DNA of 64,000 bases from Myxococcota bacterium (lineage in GTDB: Bacteria; Myxococcota_A; UBA9042; PHBI01; JAWLBL01): NCBI GenBank assembly GCA_041687695.1, contig JAWLBL010000010.1, forward strand, positions 98,676-162,675, written 5' to 3'. Each line of letters starts with the position of its first letter. Positions within the stretch are counted from its first letter, which is position 1. Positions 1-9,361 of the stretch are shown here, in pieces. The translations under genes were made by a program, and so were the position numbers. The notes beneath the pieces were generated by a model. It did no database searches, was not told where the DNA came from, and saw nothing but the letters and a program-made list of their open reading frames with translations.

Positions 1-30
1 AGGCGGGTAGGGCACAGGCCTCGTCGCAGA

Positions 31-110
31 GGGAGCCATCCATCGCGTCAGAGGATGCAGGAGGGTCGCAGGGGTGGGGCCGCATCCACTGACACGAAAG
101 GATGGCCCCC
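31..110 (+). promoter_or_regulatory. Long imperfect inverted repeat (~28-bp stem) covering the RBS of the four-helix-bundle gene
   Basis: 31-58 GGGAGCCATCCATCGCGTCAGAGGATGC pairs with 82-110 GCATCCACTGACACGAAAGGATGGCCCCC (24 Watson-Crick pairs by hand); AAAGGA at 97-102 lies in the 3' arm. Confidence 0.75.
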
Positions 111-471
111 ATGCAGAACGAAGGTGTGGTTCGGAACGGCAGCTCCCTCCAGGCTGAATCGCTGGCGATCGAGGCGGCGGCGGCAGTCGTGACCTTGACG
201 CGCGGCGTGAGTCCGCAATTGCGGTGCATCGCCGAGCAGGCGGTGCGGGCCGTCGCGAGCGTTCCGTTGAACCTGGCTGAGGGCGCCGGCCGGGGGGCGT
301 GACCGGGTCCAGCACTACAGGATCGCCTACGGCTCGTGCCGCGAGGCGTCCGCCGCGATGCGGCTGCTCGTCGCGACGGGCGCGGTGCCGAAGACGCGCG
401 GGGATGAAGCGCTGGCGCTGCTCGACCGCGTGCAGGCGATGACGTGGCGTCTGATCCACCCGAAGCGGTGA
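102..471 (+). pseudogene. Four-helix-bundle protein (23S rRNA IVP / bAvd-like), frameshifted at a G6 run
   Basis: First frame ends ...EQAVRAVASVPLNLAEGAGR then TGA 300-302; the +1 frame from 298 continues RDRVQHYRIAYGSCREASAA...LLDRVQAMTWRLIHPKR to TGA 469-471, completing the family pattern (LN.AEG.GR...RIA.GS..E). Start may be ATG 111. Confidence 0.8.
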
Positions 472-721
472 GAGCCTCGCGGCTTCGGCATCTCTGGCGA
501 GTCCCCGAGGTGCCTGGTAGCCAAGACGGCGCCCCTGCGGCGGGCTTGGCGGCCGCCTCCCGGCCTCATCACCCACGTCGCACATACGGAATCGGCGGAC
601 TCGGGAACGGTCTACCACCATCCCGGACCGATCCGATCTGCCCGCGGCCGCGACGCACTTGCCCCGACCGCGTCGATGTCCTATGTCCCGCGGACCCGAA
701 AACGATGGCCCCGAGGCGAAG

Positions 722-1165
722 ATGGCGACGCTCCGCGACAAGCTCTTGAACGAAGAGGTCCGGCCCAAGCTGGTCGACGACTGCTGCCAGCTGCTCGACC
801 GCGAGGTGGCGGGCAAGAAGGGCATCAGCGGCCTGGCGGTCAAGGGCGCCTACGCCACCGTCAAGGCGATCAAGCCCGGCTTCGTCCGTGGCGTCGTCGA
901 CTTCCTGCTCGACGAGTGGGTCGACAAGCTCGAGGCCTACTACGTGCGCTACCACGAGGACGGCGCGGCGGGCAGCTTCGGCCTGTACTGCGGGACCCAC
1001 CGCGGCGCGGTCGCCGAGAGCCTGCTCGAGGTCACCGACGCCCGCGCCCGCTCGACCAAGCACGCGACCGCGGCGAAGCTGTACGGCAAGCTGCGCCCCA
1101 ACGCGAAGACCCAGGTCGAGGAGGCGGTCCCCAACCTGGGCGCGGTCGTCGATCGCTACTTGTGA
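722..1165 (+). CDS. DUF6918-like small helical protein
   Basis: MATLRDKLL...DDCCQLLDREVAGKKGISGLAVKGAYATVKAIKPGFV recalled as DUF6918 pattern; typical codon usage. Confidence 0.7.
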   Translation: MATLRDKLLNEEVRPKLVDDCCQLLDREVAGKKGISGLAVKGAYATVKAIKPGFVRGVVDFLLDEWVDKLEAYYVRYHEDGAAGSFGLYCGTHRGAVAESLLEVTDARARSTKHATAAKLYGKLRPNAKTQVEEAVPNLGAVVDRYL

Positions 1166-1168
1166 CGC

Positions 1169-3295
1169 TCACTCGGCGTCGGGCGCTCGGCTCGCCACGA
1201 GCAGGCGCCCGGCCGCCCGGCTGACCATCGGCTCGCGGCTCACCGCCGCCTCGGTCAGCAGCGCGATGGCGTCCGCCGTGCCCATGCGCTCGCACGCCTT
1301 CAGGATGGCCAGCTTGGCCGACCCCGTCGCCAGGTCGAAGCCGGCCCGGAAGACGTCGACCGCCTCGCCCGCCCGCAGCAGCCCCAGCGCCTCGATGGTG
1401 CGGACCGACCACGCCTCGGGGCGCTGCCCGCGCAGCTCGGCCAGCAGCTGCGGGGTCAGCCGCGCGTCGCCCAGCCGCGCCCGCGCGACCAGGGCGGCCG
1501 TGACCAGCCGGCGGTCCTCGCCGACCAGCGCGCGCTCCAGGAAGTCCAGCGCCGCCGGATGGTTCAGGTGCCCCAGGGTCTCGACGACACGCAGCCGCAG
1601 CCGCAGGCTGGGGGCGCGCTCGTAGGCCGCGACGACCAGGGGCGCGGTGGTGGCGTCACCCGCCCGGCGCACGACGTCCAGCAGCGCCTCGCGCAGCGTG
1701 TCGTGCGAGCGCGCCGGGGGCAGGTCGAGGAGCCGCGCCGCCGCGAGGCGCGCGACACGGGGGGCGATGAGGGCCAGGGCCTCGGTCGCCGCGTAGGTGT
1801 CGCCCGGCGCGCGGGCCAACCCGTCGAGCAGGGCGGCCGCGCCCGCGTTGTCGCGACGGGTCAGCGCGAACGCCGCGTCCTCGTACCAGGCGCCGCGCGG
1901 CGTGCGCAGCACCGAGGCCACCAGCAGGTCGCGCCAGCGCGGGTCGGCGTGGTCGCCCATCGCGCGGAACAGGGCCCGCGCCGCGATGGGGTCCTCGGCG
2001 TCCAGGACGCTCCGGACGTGCGGCACGGCGGCCTGGCCGTGGCTCAGCAGCGCCGTGACCGCGGCCTCGCGGGTCGGCGCGTCCACGCTGCGCGCGATGT
2101 GCGCCAGGCGCGCGGTCGCCTCGGGCGCCGTCGCCCGCGCCAGCCCGTCGAGCGCCGTCAGCCGGGTCGCCTGGTCGGCGCGCTCGGTCAGCGCGATGAG
2201 CGCCTCGAGCGCCCGCGGGTCGGCCGCGTGCCCGCCCAGGGCCCGCGCCGCCGCGAGCCGCGCTTCCACCGTTCCCAGCGCCGCCAGCCGCAGGGCCGCC
2301 TTCAGCCCGGCCTCGCCGGCCGCCGCGCCCAGACAGGGCGCGCCCAGCGCGGCGCTGCCCGGGGCCGCCGCCTCCAGCAGCCGCAGGGCCGCCGCCGGCG
2401 AGGGCGTGGTCCGGCAGAGCTGGGCGGTGGCCCGGACGGCATGCTCCGGCGGAGCCTGTCGCGCGGCCTCGGCCAGCGCCGGCGCCAGGGCGTCGTTGGT
2501 CGCCCGCGCCTCCATCACGTCAAGCGCCAGCGACAGCCGCGCCGGGTCCTTCGCCAGCAGCTGGTCGCGCAGCACGACCGACCCGGTCGGCCCCTCGAAG
2601 CCCAGCAGGACGCCGAGCGCCGCGCGCGCCCGAGGACCGCTGTCCCTGGCCACCGCGTCCACCAGCGCGGGCACGGCCGGCGCCCCGTGGGATTGCAGCC
2701 GCCGCGCCGCCGCTTCGTGATTCGCCCCGGCCAGCGCCTCGACGTCCGCGTCGATCTCGCGGCGCAGCTCGGGCGCCGCCTGCAGGACGTCGTCGGGCTC
2801 GAAGACCTGGATCTCCGACAGGGCGACCCCTTGCCGGGCCGACCCGTGGATGGCCTCGACCGTCAGCGTCAGCGCGCTCGCCCGCGCCAGCCGGCCGAGC
2901 GGCACGTCCTGGGCGACCCGCCGGTCCTCCAGCGCGAAGCTGGCCTCGCCGCCGTCCCAGGTGACGCGCACGCGCGCCGGGCGGGCGTGCTGCTTGAACG
3001 CTCCGTTGTCGGCCCCGTGCCCCGGCAGGACGCGCAGCGCCGTCACGTAGCGCGTCGTCGGAAAGCGCAGCGTCACCGAGGGGTTCGCCTCGCCGCGCGC
3101 CGAGATCCACGGCCGCCCGAGGCGCCCGTCGACCAGGGCGGCCGCCGGCGCGTCGGCGTCGCGCTCGCTCGAGGCGCTGGCGACGATCTCTCTGGGCTCG
3201 ACCGGACGCAGCTCGCCGGCCAGGGCCGGCCCCGCGGGCAGCGCGCCGGTCAGCAGGGCGGCGGTCAGCCAGCAGAAGGGTCCCTTGGTCGTCAT
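1169..3295 (-). CDS. Secreted protein: discoidin/F5-8-type-C-like N-terminal domain plus HEAT repeats
   Basis: Signal peptide MTTKGPFCWLTAALLTGALPAGPALA; ASASS...LVDG...W...LSEIQVF jelly-roll pattern; repeated R..A..ALG HEAT helices. Confidence 0.7.
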   Translation of the reverse strand: MTTKGPFCWLTAALLTGALPAGPALAGELRPVEPREIVASASSERDADAPAAALVDGRLGRPWISARGEANPSVTLRFPTTRYVTALRVLPGHGADNGAFKQHARPARVRVTWDGGEASFALEDRRVAQDVPLGRLARASALTLTVEAIHGSARQGVALSEIQVFEPDDVLQAAPELRREIDADVEALAGANHEAAARRLQSHGAPAVPALVDAVARDSGPRARAALGVLLGFEGPTGSVVLRDQLLAKDPARLSLALDVMEARATNDALAPALAEAARQAPPEHAVRATAQLCRTTPSPAAALRLLEAAAPGSAALGAPCLGAAAGEAGLKAALRLAALGTVEARLAAARALGGHAADPRALEALIALTERADQATRLTALDGLARATAPEATARLAHIARSVDAPTREAAVTALLSHGQAAVPHVRSVLDAEDPIAARALFRAMGDHADPRWRDLLVASVLRTPRGAWYEDAAFALTRRDNAGAAALLDGLARAPGDTYAATEALALIAPRVARLAAARLLDLPPARSHDTLREALLDVVRRAGDATTAPLVVAAYERAPSLRLRLRVVETLGHLNHPAALDFLERALVGEDRRLVTAALVARARLGDARLTPQLLAELRGQRPEAWSVRTIEALGLLRAGEAVDVFRAGFDLATGSAKLAILKACERMGTADAIALLTEAAVSREPMVSRAAGRLLVASRAPDAE

Positions 3296-3414
3296 CGCGT
3301 TCGCCTCCGGTCTCGGTTTCGGAGGTCGACACAGCAACCGGCGTGCCAGCCGTCACGGCCCTTGATGACGCGCCCTCTCCGGGGCTGTGTCGCGGGACGT
3401 GACGCCTGGGTGTA

Positions 3415-4098
3415 TCAGTCCGGGACGTCGCCAGGCTTGGCGCCGTACCAGGTCGTGGCGGTGACCCGGTGGCGGTAGACGTTCGCCTGCTGGCAGCGGC
3501 TGCACACGGTCTGGCAGACCGACACGTCCCCCGCGGCGAACCGCTCGAGGCAGGGCGGACAGAAGGCGTCGGGGAAGTCGCCGTCGAGTCCGTAGACGAC
3601 GACCGCCTCGGCCGGCGGGGCGGCTGGGTCGGCCAGGTGCGCGCAGGTCAGGGCGGGCAGGCCCTCGCCGTGCACGTCGCAGGCCAGGTAGTCGGCCACG
3701 TCGTCCCGGGTGACGCCGAACTCGACCATGCAGCGGGCGCCGACGCGCTCGGCGAAGGTGCGGCGCAGCGGGACCGGCTCGGCCAGGGCGGCCAGCAGCG
3801 GGTCGCGCGTGCCGACGACGACCGCCGGCGCGCCGGGCCGGTCCTGCAGCTCGACGCGGGCCCCGGCGGTGCCGGCGAAGCCGGGCCAGTCGTGGAGCAG
3901 GCGCTGGTCGGCGTCGACCCACAGACCGAAGAGCATCGCGGGGCGCGCGGCGCCGATGGGCACCGGGCCTCGCACGGGTCGGGCGCCCTCGACCTCGGGC
4001 TTCGGCACGTTCCAGACCGCCTCGAAGCGGTCGGGCGGGAAGGTGTCGAGGCAGGCCGGGCAGTCACAGGTGAGGCGATGCTTGTGGACCTTGATCAT
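3415..4098 (-). CDS. Hypothetical Cys/His-rich putative metal-binding protein
   Basis: MIKVHKHRLTCDCPAC; C-terminal CDVHG, CAHL, DAFCPPC, VCSRC. Confidence 0.6.
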   Translation of the reverse strand: MIKVHKHRLTCDCPACLDTFPPDRFEAVWNVPKPEVEGARPVRGPVPIGAARPAMLFGLWVDADQRLLHDWPGFAGTAGARVELQDRPGAPAVVVGTRDPLLAALAEPVPLRRTFAERVGARCMVEFGVTRDDVADYLACDVHGEGLPALTCAHLADPAAPPAEAVVVYGLDGDFPDAFCPPCLERFAAGDVSVCQTVCSRCQQANVYRHRVTATTWYGAKPGDVPD

Positions 4099-4228
4099 GC
4101 GGCGGCTGTATACGCACCGATGGCCGCGAGGTCCATCGCTGCGCGCGCCGCCGGGGCGCCGCGCCGGCGCGCGTGGGGCACGCAACGTCGCCTGCGGCCG
4201 AGGACGCACGCGCCGCGAGGATGGCCCG

Positions 4229-5167
4229 ATGATCGTCGAGCACGAACGCTCCTGGATCCGCCTCATCTTCAGCTTCAAGGGCAGCATCCTGCTGAAGATC
4301 TGGCGCCGCCTGACGGTGCTCACCCTGGTCGGCCTCGCCGTGGCGGTGGCCTGGGAGACGGGCGTGCTGGGCGGCCACACCCTGACGCCGACGCCGTTCA
4401 CCCTGGTGGGCTTCGCGCTCAGCGTGTTCCTGGGCTTTCGCAACAGCGCGGCCTACGACCGGTTCTGGGAGGGGCGCAAGCTCTGGGGGCAGCTGGTCAA
4501 CACGTCGCGCACCCTGACGCGGCAGGTGACCACGCTGGTGGCGGCGCCCGACGAGGCCGACCGCGAGGACGTGCGGACCTTCCAGCGCGCGTTCGTGCTG
4601 CGGGTGGCCGCCTTTGCCCACGCGCTGCGCAAGCACCTGCGGGACCGCCGCGACCTCTCGGGGCTCTCGGGGCTGCTGCCCGAGGCCGAGACCGCCGCGC
4701 TCGCGCGCGAGGTGAACCCGCCCGCCGCCATCTTGCAGACGCTCGGCGAGCAGCTCGCGCTCGCGGCGCGTCGCGGCTGGGTCGATCGCTACTACGTGGC
4801 CAACATCGACCGCGAGCTGACCGCGCTGGCCGAGATCCAGGGCGGCTGTGAGCGCATCCGGTCGACGCCCATCCCGCACGCCTACAAGGTGCTGATGCAC
4901 CGGACGGTCGCGGCCTACTGCTTCGCGCTGCCCTTCGGCATCGTCGACCAGACCGCGCGCATGACGCCGCTGGTCGTGCTGCTCGTGTCCTACGCGTTCC
5001 TGGGGCTCGACGGCATCGGCGACGAGCTCGAGGAGCCGTTCGGGCTCGAGCGCAACGACCTGCCGCTCGACGCGCTGACGCGCATGATCGAGGTCAACCT
5101 GAGGCAGAGGCTGGGGGACGAGGCGCTGCCGCCGTTGCTCGGGCCGGTCGACAAGGTCTTGACCTGA
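4229..5167 (+). CDS. Bestrophin-family (YneE-like) ion channel
   Basis: LSVFLGFRNSAAYDRFWEGRKLWG, GGCERIRSTPIP, ELEEPFG..NDLPL. Confidence 0.92.
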   Translation: MIVEHERSWIRLIFSFKGSILLKIWRRLTVLTLVGLAVAVAWETGVLGGHTLTPTPFTLVGFALSVFLGFRNSAAYDRFWEGRKLWGQLVNTSRTLTRQVTTLVAAPDEADREDVRTFQRAFVLRVAAFAHALRKHLRDRRDLSGLSGLLPEAETAALAREVNPPAAILQTLGEQLALAARRGWVDRYYVANIDRELTALAEIQGGCERIRSTPIPHAYKVLMHRTVAAYCFALPFGIVDQTARMTPLVVLLVSYAFLGLDGIGDELEEPFGLERNDLPLDALTRMIEVNLRQRLGDEALPPLLGPVDKVLT

Positions 5168-5206
5168 GCCGGGGGGCGGTGGGGCGCTGATGGGGCTCGG
5201 GGAGGA

Positions 5207-5758
5207 TCAGTTGATTTGGGTGCCGCAGTCCACGAGGTGGACTGGGTTGACGCCGACGACGCTCATCGCCTCGCGCCACATCTCGGCGGGCGGGGTCTCG
5301 AAGAGCAGCTCGGGGTCGAGCGGCGCGGTGAGCCACGCGCCGCTGGCGATCTCGCGATCGAGCTGCTGCGGGCCCCAGCCGGCGTAGCCGAGCAGCAGGC
5401 GGAAGCGCCCGCTGGGGTGGCGGCCGTACGCCTCGAGGCCGTCCTGGCTCGTCGTGAGGGCGAGGCCCGCGCCGACGCGCTGGCTGCCCGCGAAGAGCTG
5501 CCCGTCGTCGTGCAGCAGCCAGCCGCGCTGGCGCTCGACCGGGCCGCCGGAGAACACCTTGGCCTGAGGTTCGCCCTCCCAGGGGATGCCCGCCTCCGAG
5601 CAGATCGCCGACACGGGGATCTCGAGCGGCTGATTGACGACCAGACCGAAGGCGCCCTCGGAGGAGTGGGCGCACAGGAGCACGACCGAACGGAAGAAGT
5701 TTGGGTCGAGCAGGCTCGGCATGGCGATGAGGAGACCTGGTGCTACGGAGAAGCTCAT
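5207..5758 (-). CDS. YqgE/AlgH family protein
   Basis: [43 protein letters not shown]. Confidence 0.93.
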   Translation of the reverse strand: MSFSVAPGLLIAMPSLLDPNFFRSVVLLCAHSSEGAFGLVVNQPLEIPVSAICSEAGIPWEGEPQAKVFSGGPVERQRGWLLHDDGQLFAGSQRVGAGLALTTSQDGLEAYGRHPSGRFRLLLGYAGWGPQQLDREIASGAWLTAPLDPELLFETPPAEMWREAMSVVGVNPVHLVDCGTQIN

Positions 5759-5833
5759 GGTTTGAAGTATGGGAACCCGGGTGATCGGAGCAAGCAAGCG
5801 CTGGGCCGAGGCGCCGCGTGCAGGGACGAGGTC

Positions 5834-7066
5834 ATGGACATCGTGAATCGACGAGCGACGCCGCCCCCGTCGGGCGGCGCGAGGGCCGGCCGGCGGGCAC
5901 GACGGCGGCCGCGGTGGACCTGGTTCGGGGTCGCGGCCGTGCTGTGCGGGTTCGGAGTGGCGGCTTGCGCCGGGCCGTCAGCGCTGCAGCAGCTGCGGGC
6001 GGAGGCCCAGGCCGACGCCGAGCGCCTTGGGCCGCGGGCGGCGGTCGCGCGCGGGCTCGCCCGGGCGGGGGCGGCCGCCGCGAGGGGCGATCAGCGAGGA
6101 CGAGCGCATCATCTGGTGGCCATCCTACCACTGGCCACCGGCCTGGCCGACGACCGGGGCGTTCGTGACGCCCTCGCCGACGTGGACCCAACGTTCGCGC
6201 CGCCTTCGCTGGCCGACGCGGTGAGCGTCGAGCGCGCCCTGGAGGCCCTGGGCGCCGGCCGCATGGACGAGGTGCGCCGGGCGACCGCGCCGCTGACCGC
6301 GCGACCCGGCTGGCTCGGGGCCCGCGCGCAGACCCTGGTGGCGCTCGCCTCGCTCGACGTCGACCCCGACCGGGCGCGCGCCCACCTGACGGAGCTCACG
6401 CGGCGACCGCTGGACACGATGCCGGGCCCGGTCGGGCGCGAGCTGCGCAACTTCGCCCGGCTGACGCTGGCCAGCCACCACTACGACGCGGGTCGCTACG
6501 GCGAGGCGCTGCGAGGCTTCCTGCAGGTCGAGGAGGCCAGCGGCCACTGGCCGGCCGCCCGCTTCGGGCTGGCCTGGTCCCAGCTGAAGCTGGGGCGCCC
6601 CGAGCGGACCCTGGCCATCCTGGCCCTGATGCCGGGCGGCGTGGCCGGCGAGCCCGAGCGCGGCCTGTTGGCGGCGGTGGCGACCCACCGGCTCGGCGAC
6701 GCCGGGGTCGCGCGGGACATCGTGGACGCGGCGCTCGATCGGCCGGACCGCTGGGACCCAGGCCGGGTGAGCGCGGCCGCGGTGCTCGAGCGCCTCGCGG
6801 CGGGCGCGACCCGGCCGTCCGCGTGGACGCTCGTCGAGATCGTCGCCGGGCGGTCGCAGGTGCTGACGCTGGGCCGCGAGCTGCTCGAGACGCGGGCCGA
6901 CCGCGCGCGCAGCGACCTGCCCGAGCTGGCCGACTACGAGGCCGCGTTGACGCGACGCTTCGAAGCGGTGGTCGCCGCCGAAGCCGACCTGGAGGCCGCG
7001 CGCGCCGCGGCCGCGATCGAGCAGCTGAGGGTCCTGCGACCGCAGCTGACCGACCGGCGGCCCTGA
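5834..7066 (+). CDS. TPR-containing putative lipoprotein
   Basis: Hydrophobic segment ending VAAC; TPR-like LASHHYDAGRYGEAL and ARFGLAWSQLKLG; start uncertain. Confidence 0.6.
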   Translation: MDIVNRRATPPPSGGARAGRRARRRPRWTWFGVAAVLCGFGVAACAGPSALQQLRAEAQADAERLGPRAAVARGLARAGAAAARGDQRGRAHHLVAILPLATGLADDRGVRDALADVDPTFAPPSLADAVSVERALEALGAGRMDEVRRATAPLTARPGWLGARAQTLVALASLDVDPDRARAHLTELTRRPLDTMPGPVGRELRNFARLTLASHHYDAGRYGEALRGFLQVEEASGHWPAARFGLAWSQLKLGRPERTLAILALMPGGVAGEPERGLLAAVATHRLGDAGVARDIVDAALDRPDRWDPGRVSAAAVLERLAAGATRPSAWTLVEIVAGRSQVLTLGRELLETRADRARSDLPELADYEAALTRRFEAVVAAEADLEAARAAAAIEQLRVLRPQLTDRRP

Positions 7067-7069
7067 CGG

Positions 7070-8299
7070 TCAGCCCAGCGACACCTGCTCGACCTGCCGC
7101 ACGGTCGCCAACCGCCGCAGGGCGTCGAGCAGCGCCGGGTCCGCGACCGCCGACAGCCTCAGGCGCGTGCACGCCGCGCGGCCGCCCGAGAAGACGACGT
7201 TGCTGATGTCGAGGACGTTGATCCGGCCCTCGCGCAGGCGCTCGAGCAACGCCGCCAGCGAGCCCACCTCGTTGGCGTGGTGCACGATGAGCATCGCGGG
7301 CGCGTCGGGCTCGGTCTCGAGGTTGACGGCGCTGGTCAAGCGGTCCTCGAGCAGGAACTCCTGCACGACGCGCACCACCTGCGCGGCCGCGGCCGTGGCG
7401 GCCTGGCGCGTGCGGCTCGCCAGGTGGGGGGTCGCGATGACGCCCGACCCGCCCTCGAGCGGAAGGCGCAGGGTCCCCTCGCCGCCGCCGGCCTCGGCGA
7501 AGACGTCGAAGCCGACCCGCAGCGCGCCGGCCTCGAGCCGGGCGCGCACGGCGTCGTGGTCGACCAGGCCCGGCGCGGCCGTGTTGATGACGATGGCGTC
7601 GGCGTCGAGCAAGGCGAGCAGCTCGGCGGTGACGACGACCCCCGAGGCGGGCTCGTCCGGGTGCAGCGACACGATGTCCGAGTGGCGGAAGAGATCCGGC
7701 AGGTCGGCCGCGTGGTAGACGCCGGCCTCGGCGGCGAGCGAGGTCGTCAGCCGGTCCGAGGCGACGGCGACCCGCATGCCGAGCGCCCGCGCGGCCTCCA
7801 TCAGCTCGGCGGCGCCGGCCCCGAAGCCGACGAGGCCCAGGCTGCGCCCGCGCAGGCCAGCCCCCAGCGCCGTCGGCGCGTCGCCGGCCTTGCCGTCGCG
7901 CACCGCGGCGTGGGCACCCACGAGATCGCGGTCGAGCGCGATCATCATGCCCAGCGCCAGCTCCGCGCGCGCCGCGGCGTCGAAGCCGGGGCAGTGCGCG
8001 ACGAAGACGCCGCGCTCGCTGGCGGCCGGCACGTCGATGGTGTCCACCCCGTGGCCCGCCCGCACGACGAGGCTCAGGACGGGGGCCGCCTCGATGGCGC
8101 GGCGCGACACACGCGTGTCGCCCACGACGAGGACGTTGACGCCACACAACGCGCCCGGGAGCGTGTCGGCGTTGAGCTCGGGCGCCTCGGTGACGGCCAG
8201 GCCCATGGCTTGCAAGCTCTCGCGCACCTCGACGGGCATCGCGTCGGCGATGAGGACGTTCAAGACCAGCTCCTCTTGGACTGTCGACGCGCTGGGCAC
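7070..8299 (-). CDS. SerA-like D-2-hydroxyacid dehydrogenase with C-terminal ACT domain; active site degenerate
   Basis: VLIAD, RAGHGVDTIDV.AASERGVFV, AELALGMMIALDR, DIVSLH, IATPHLAS, ACT domain at C-terminus. Confidence 0.8.
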   Translation of the reverse strand: MPSASTVQEELVLNVLIADAMPVEVRESLQAMGLAVTEAPELNADTLPGALCGVNVLVVGDTRVSRRAIEAAPVLSLVVRAGHGVDTIDVPAASERGVFVAHCPGFDAAARAELALGMMIALDRDLVGAHAAVRDGKAGDAPTALGAGLRGRSLGLVGFGAGAAELMEAARALGMRVAVASDRLTTSLAAEAGVYHAADLPDLFRHSDIVSLHPDEPASGVVVTAELLALLDADAIVINTAAPGLVDHDAVRARLEAGALRVGFDVFAEAGGGEGTLRLPLEGGSGVIATPHLASRTRQAATAAAAQVVRVVQEFLLEDRLTSAVNLETEPDAPAMLIVHHANEVGSLAALLERLREGRINVLDISNVVFSGGRAACTRLRLSAVADPALLDALRRLATVRQVEQVSLG

Positions 8300-8434
8300 C
8301 GCGCGATGGCGCGGCGTGCCCTGGCCGAGGTACCCCCACCCCGGTGTCGCGCCGAATCCGGCGTCATCCTAGCACCACGACGCGTGTCGGGGCACGTCGA
8401 CGGGCTCCGAGGCCGCCGCGCGGCGGCCCGGACC

Positions 8435-9268
8435 TCAGGGCGTCACGCCCCGCAACGCGTGGCAGAGCGCCTCGTGGCGGGTGCCGTTCGAGGCGACGAA
8501 GGGACCCTCGTGCTCGTAGCCAGGGCACGCGACGTCGAAGGTCAGCGGCCGTCCGTCGAGCAGCGTCATGTGGCCGCCGGCCGCCTCGAGCACGACGAGG
8601 GGCGCGCAGCTGTCCCAGTAGTGGACCGGGTGCACGCTGTAGTAGACGTCGGCCTCGCGGCGCACGATCTTGCCGATCTTGAAGCCGACCGAGCGCACCT
8701 GGCCGCCGTCGGCGACGCCCAGGGTGGTGACGAGGCGCTGACGCGCGGGCTCGGCGATGCGAGACGAGGTCACGAGCGGCATCTCGGCGGGCGCGTCGCG
8801 GCGCGAGACCTTGAGCTGCCGGATGGTGCCGCCGCCGCCCGCCGCGAGGAAGGCGCCGACCCCCGCGATGGCGTGGTAGAGCCGCTGCGTGTCGGGCTCG
8901 TAGACGACGCCGAGCACGGGGCGGTCGCCGTCGACCAGCGCGACGTGGACCGCGTAGTCGCCCGAGCCCTGGACGAAGCCCTCGGTGCCGTCGAGCGGGT
9001 CGACGATCCAGGTGCGGCCGCTGCGCGAGCCGGCGAAGGCGCCCGACTCCTCGGTGAGCACGCCGTCGTCGGGGAAGGCTGCCTGCAGCCCCTCGCGGAT
9101 GATGCGGTCGGACTCGAGGTCGGCCCGGGTGACCGGCGAGGCGTCGGACTTCACGCCTTCGACGAAGCCTTCGCGGCGGATGCGCTCGATGGCCTCGCCG
9201 GCGCGCTGGGCCAAATCCATCGCGACCCTCAGCGGGGCGTCCCAGGTGGCGGCGACGTCGTGGATCAT
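8435..9268 (-). CDS. cysQ: 3'(2'),5'-bisphosphate nucleotidase CysQ / inositol monophosphatase family
   Basis: KSDASPVTRAD, LTEE, WIVDPLDGTEGF, YWDSCAP. Confidence 0.85.
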   Translation of the reverse strand: MIHDVAATWDAPLRVAMDLAQRAGEAIERIRREGFVEGVKSDASPVTRADLESDRIIREGLQAAFPDDGVLTEESGAFAGSRSGRTWIVDPLDGTEGFVQGSGDYAVHVALVDGDRPVLGVVYEPDTQRLYHAIAGVGAFLAAGGGGTIRQLKVSRRDAPAEMPLVTSSRIAEPARQRLVTTLGVADGGQVRSVGFKIGKIVRREADVYYSVHPVHYWDSCAPLVVLEAAGGHMTLLDGRPLTFDVACPGYEHEGPFVASNGTRHEALCHALRGVTP

Positions 9269-9361
9269 GGGGAGGGCTCACATGCGCGCGCCGCCTTCGG
9301 GCCCCTCGTGATGAGAGGCCGTTGGCGGCGCGGAAGTTGGGGGCGGTAGAGGGCTGAGGTG

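Noticed and set aside
31..471. Diversity-generating retroelement (Avd-like gene; several stem mismatches fall at adenines)
   Set aside because: No reverse transcriptase and no TR/VR direct-repeat pair in the window; four mismatches are too few to indicate A-specific mutagenesis
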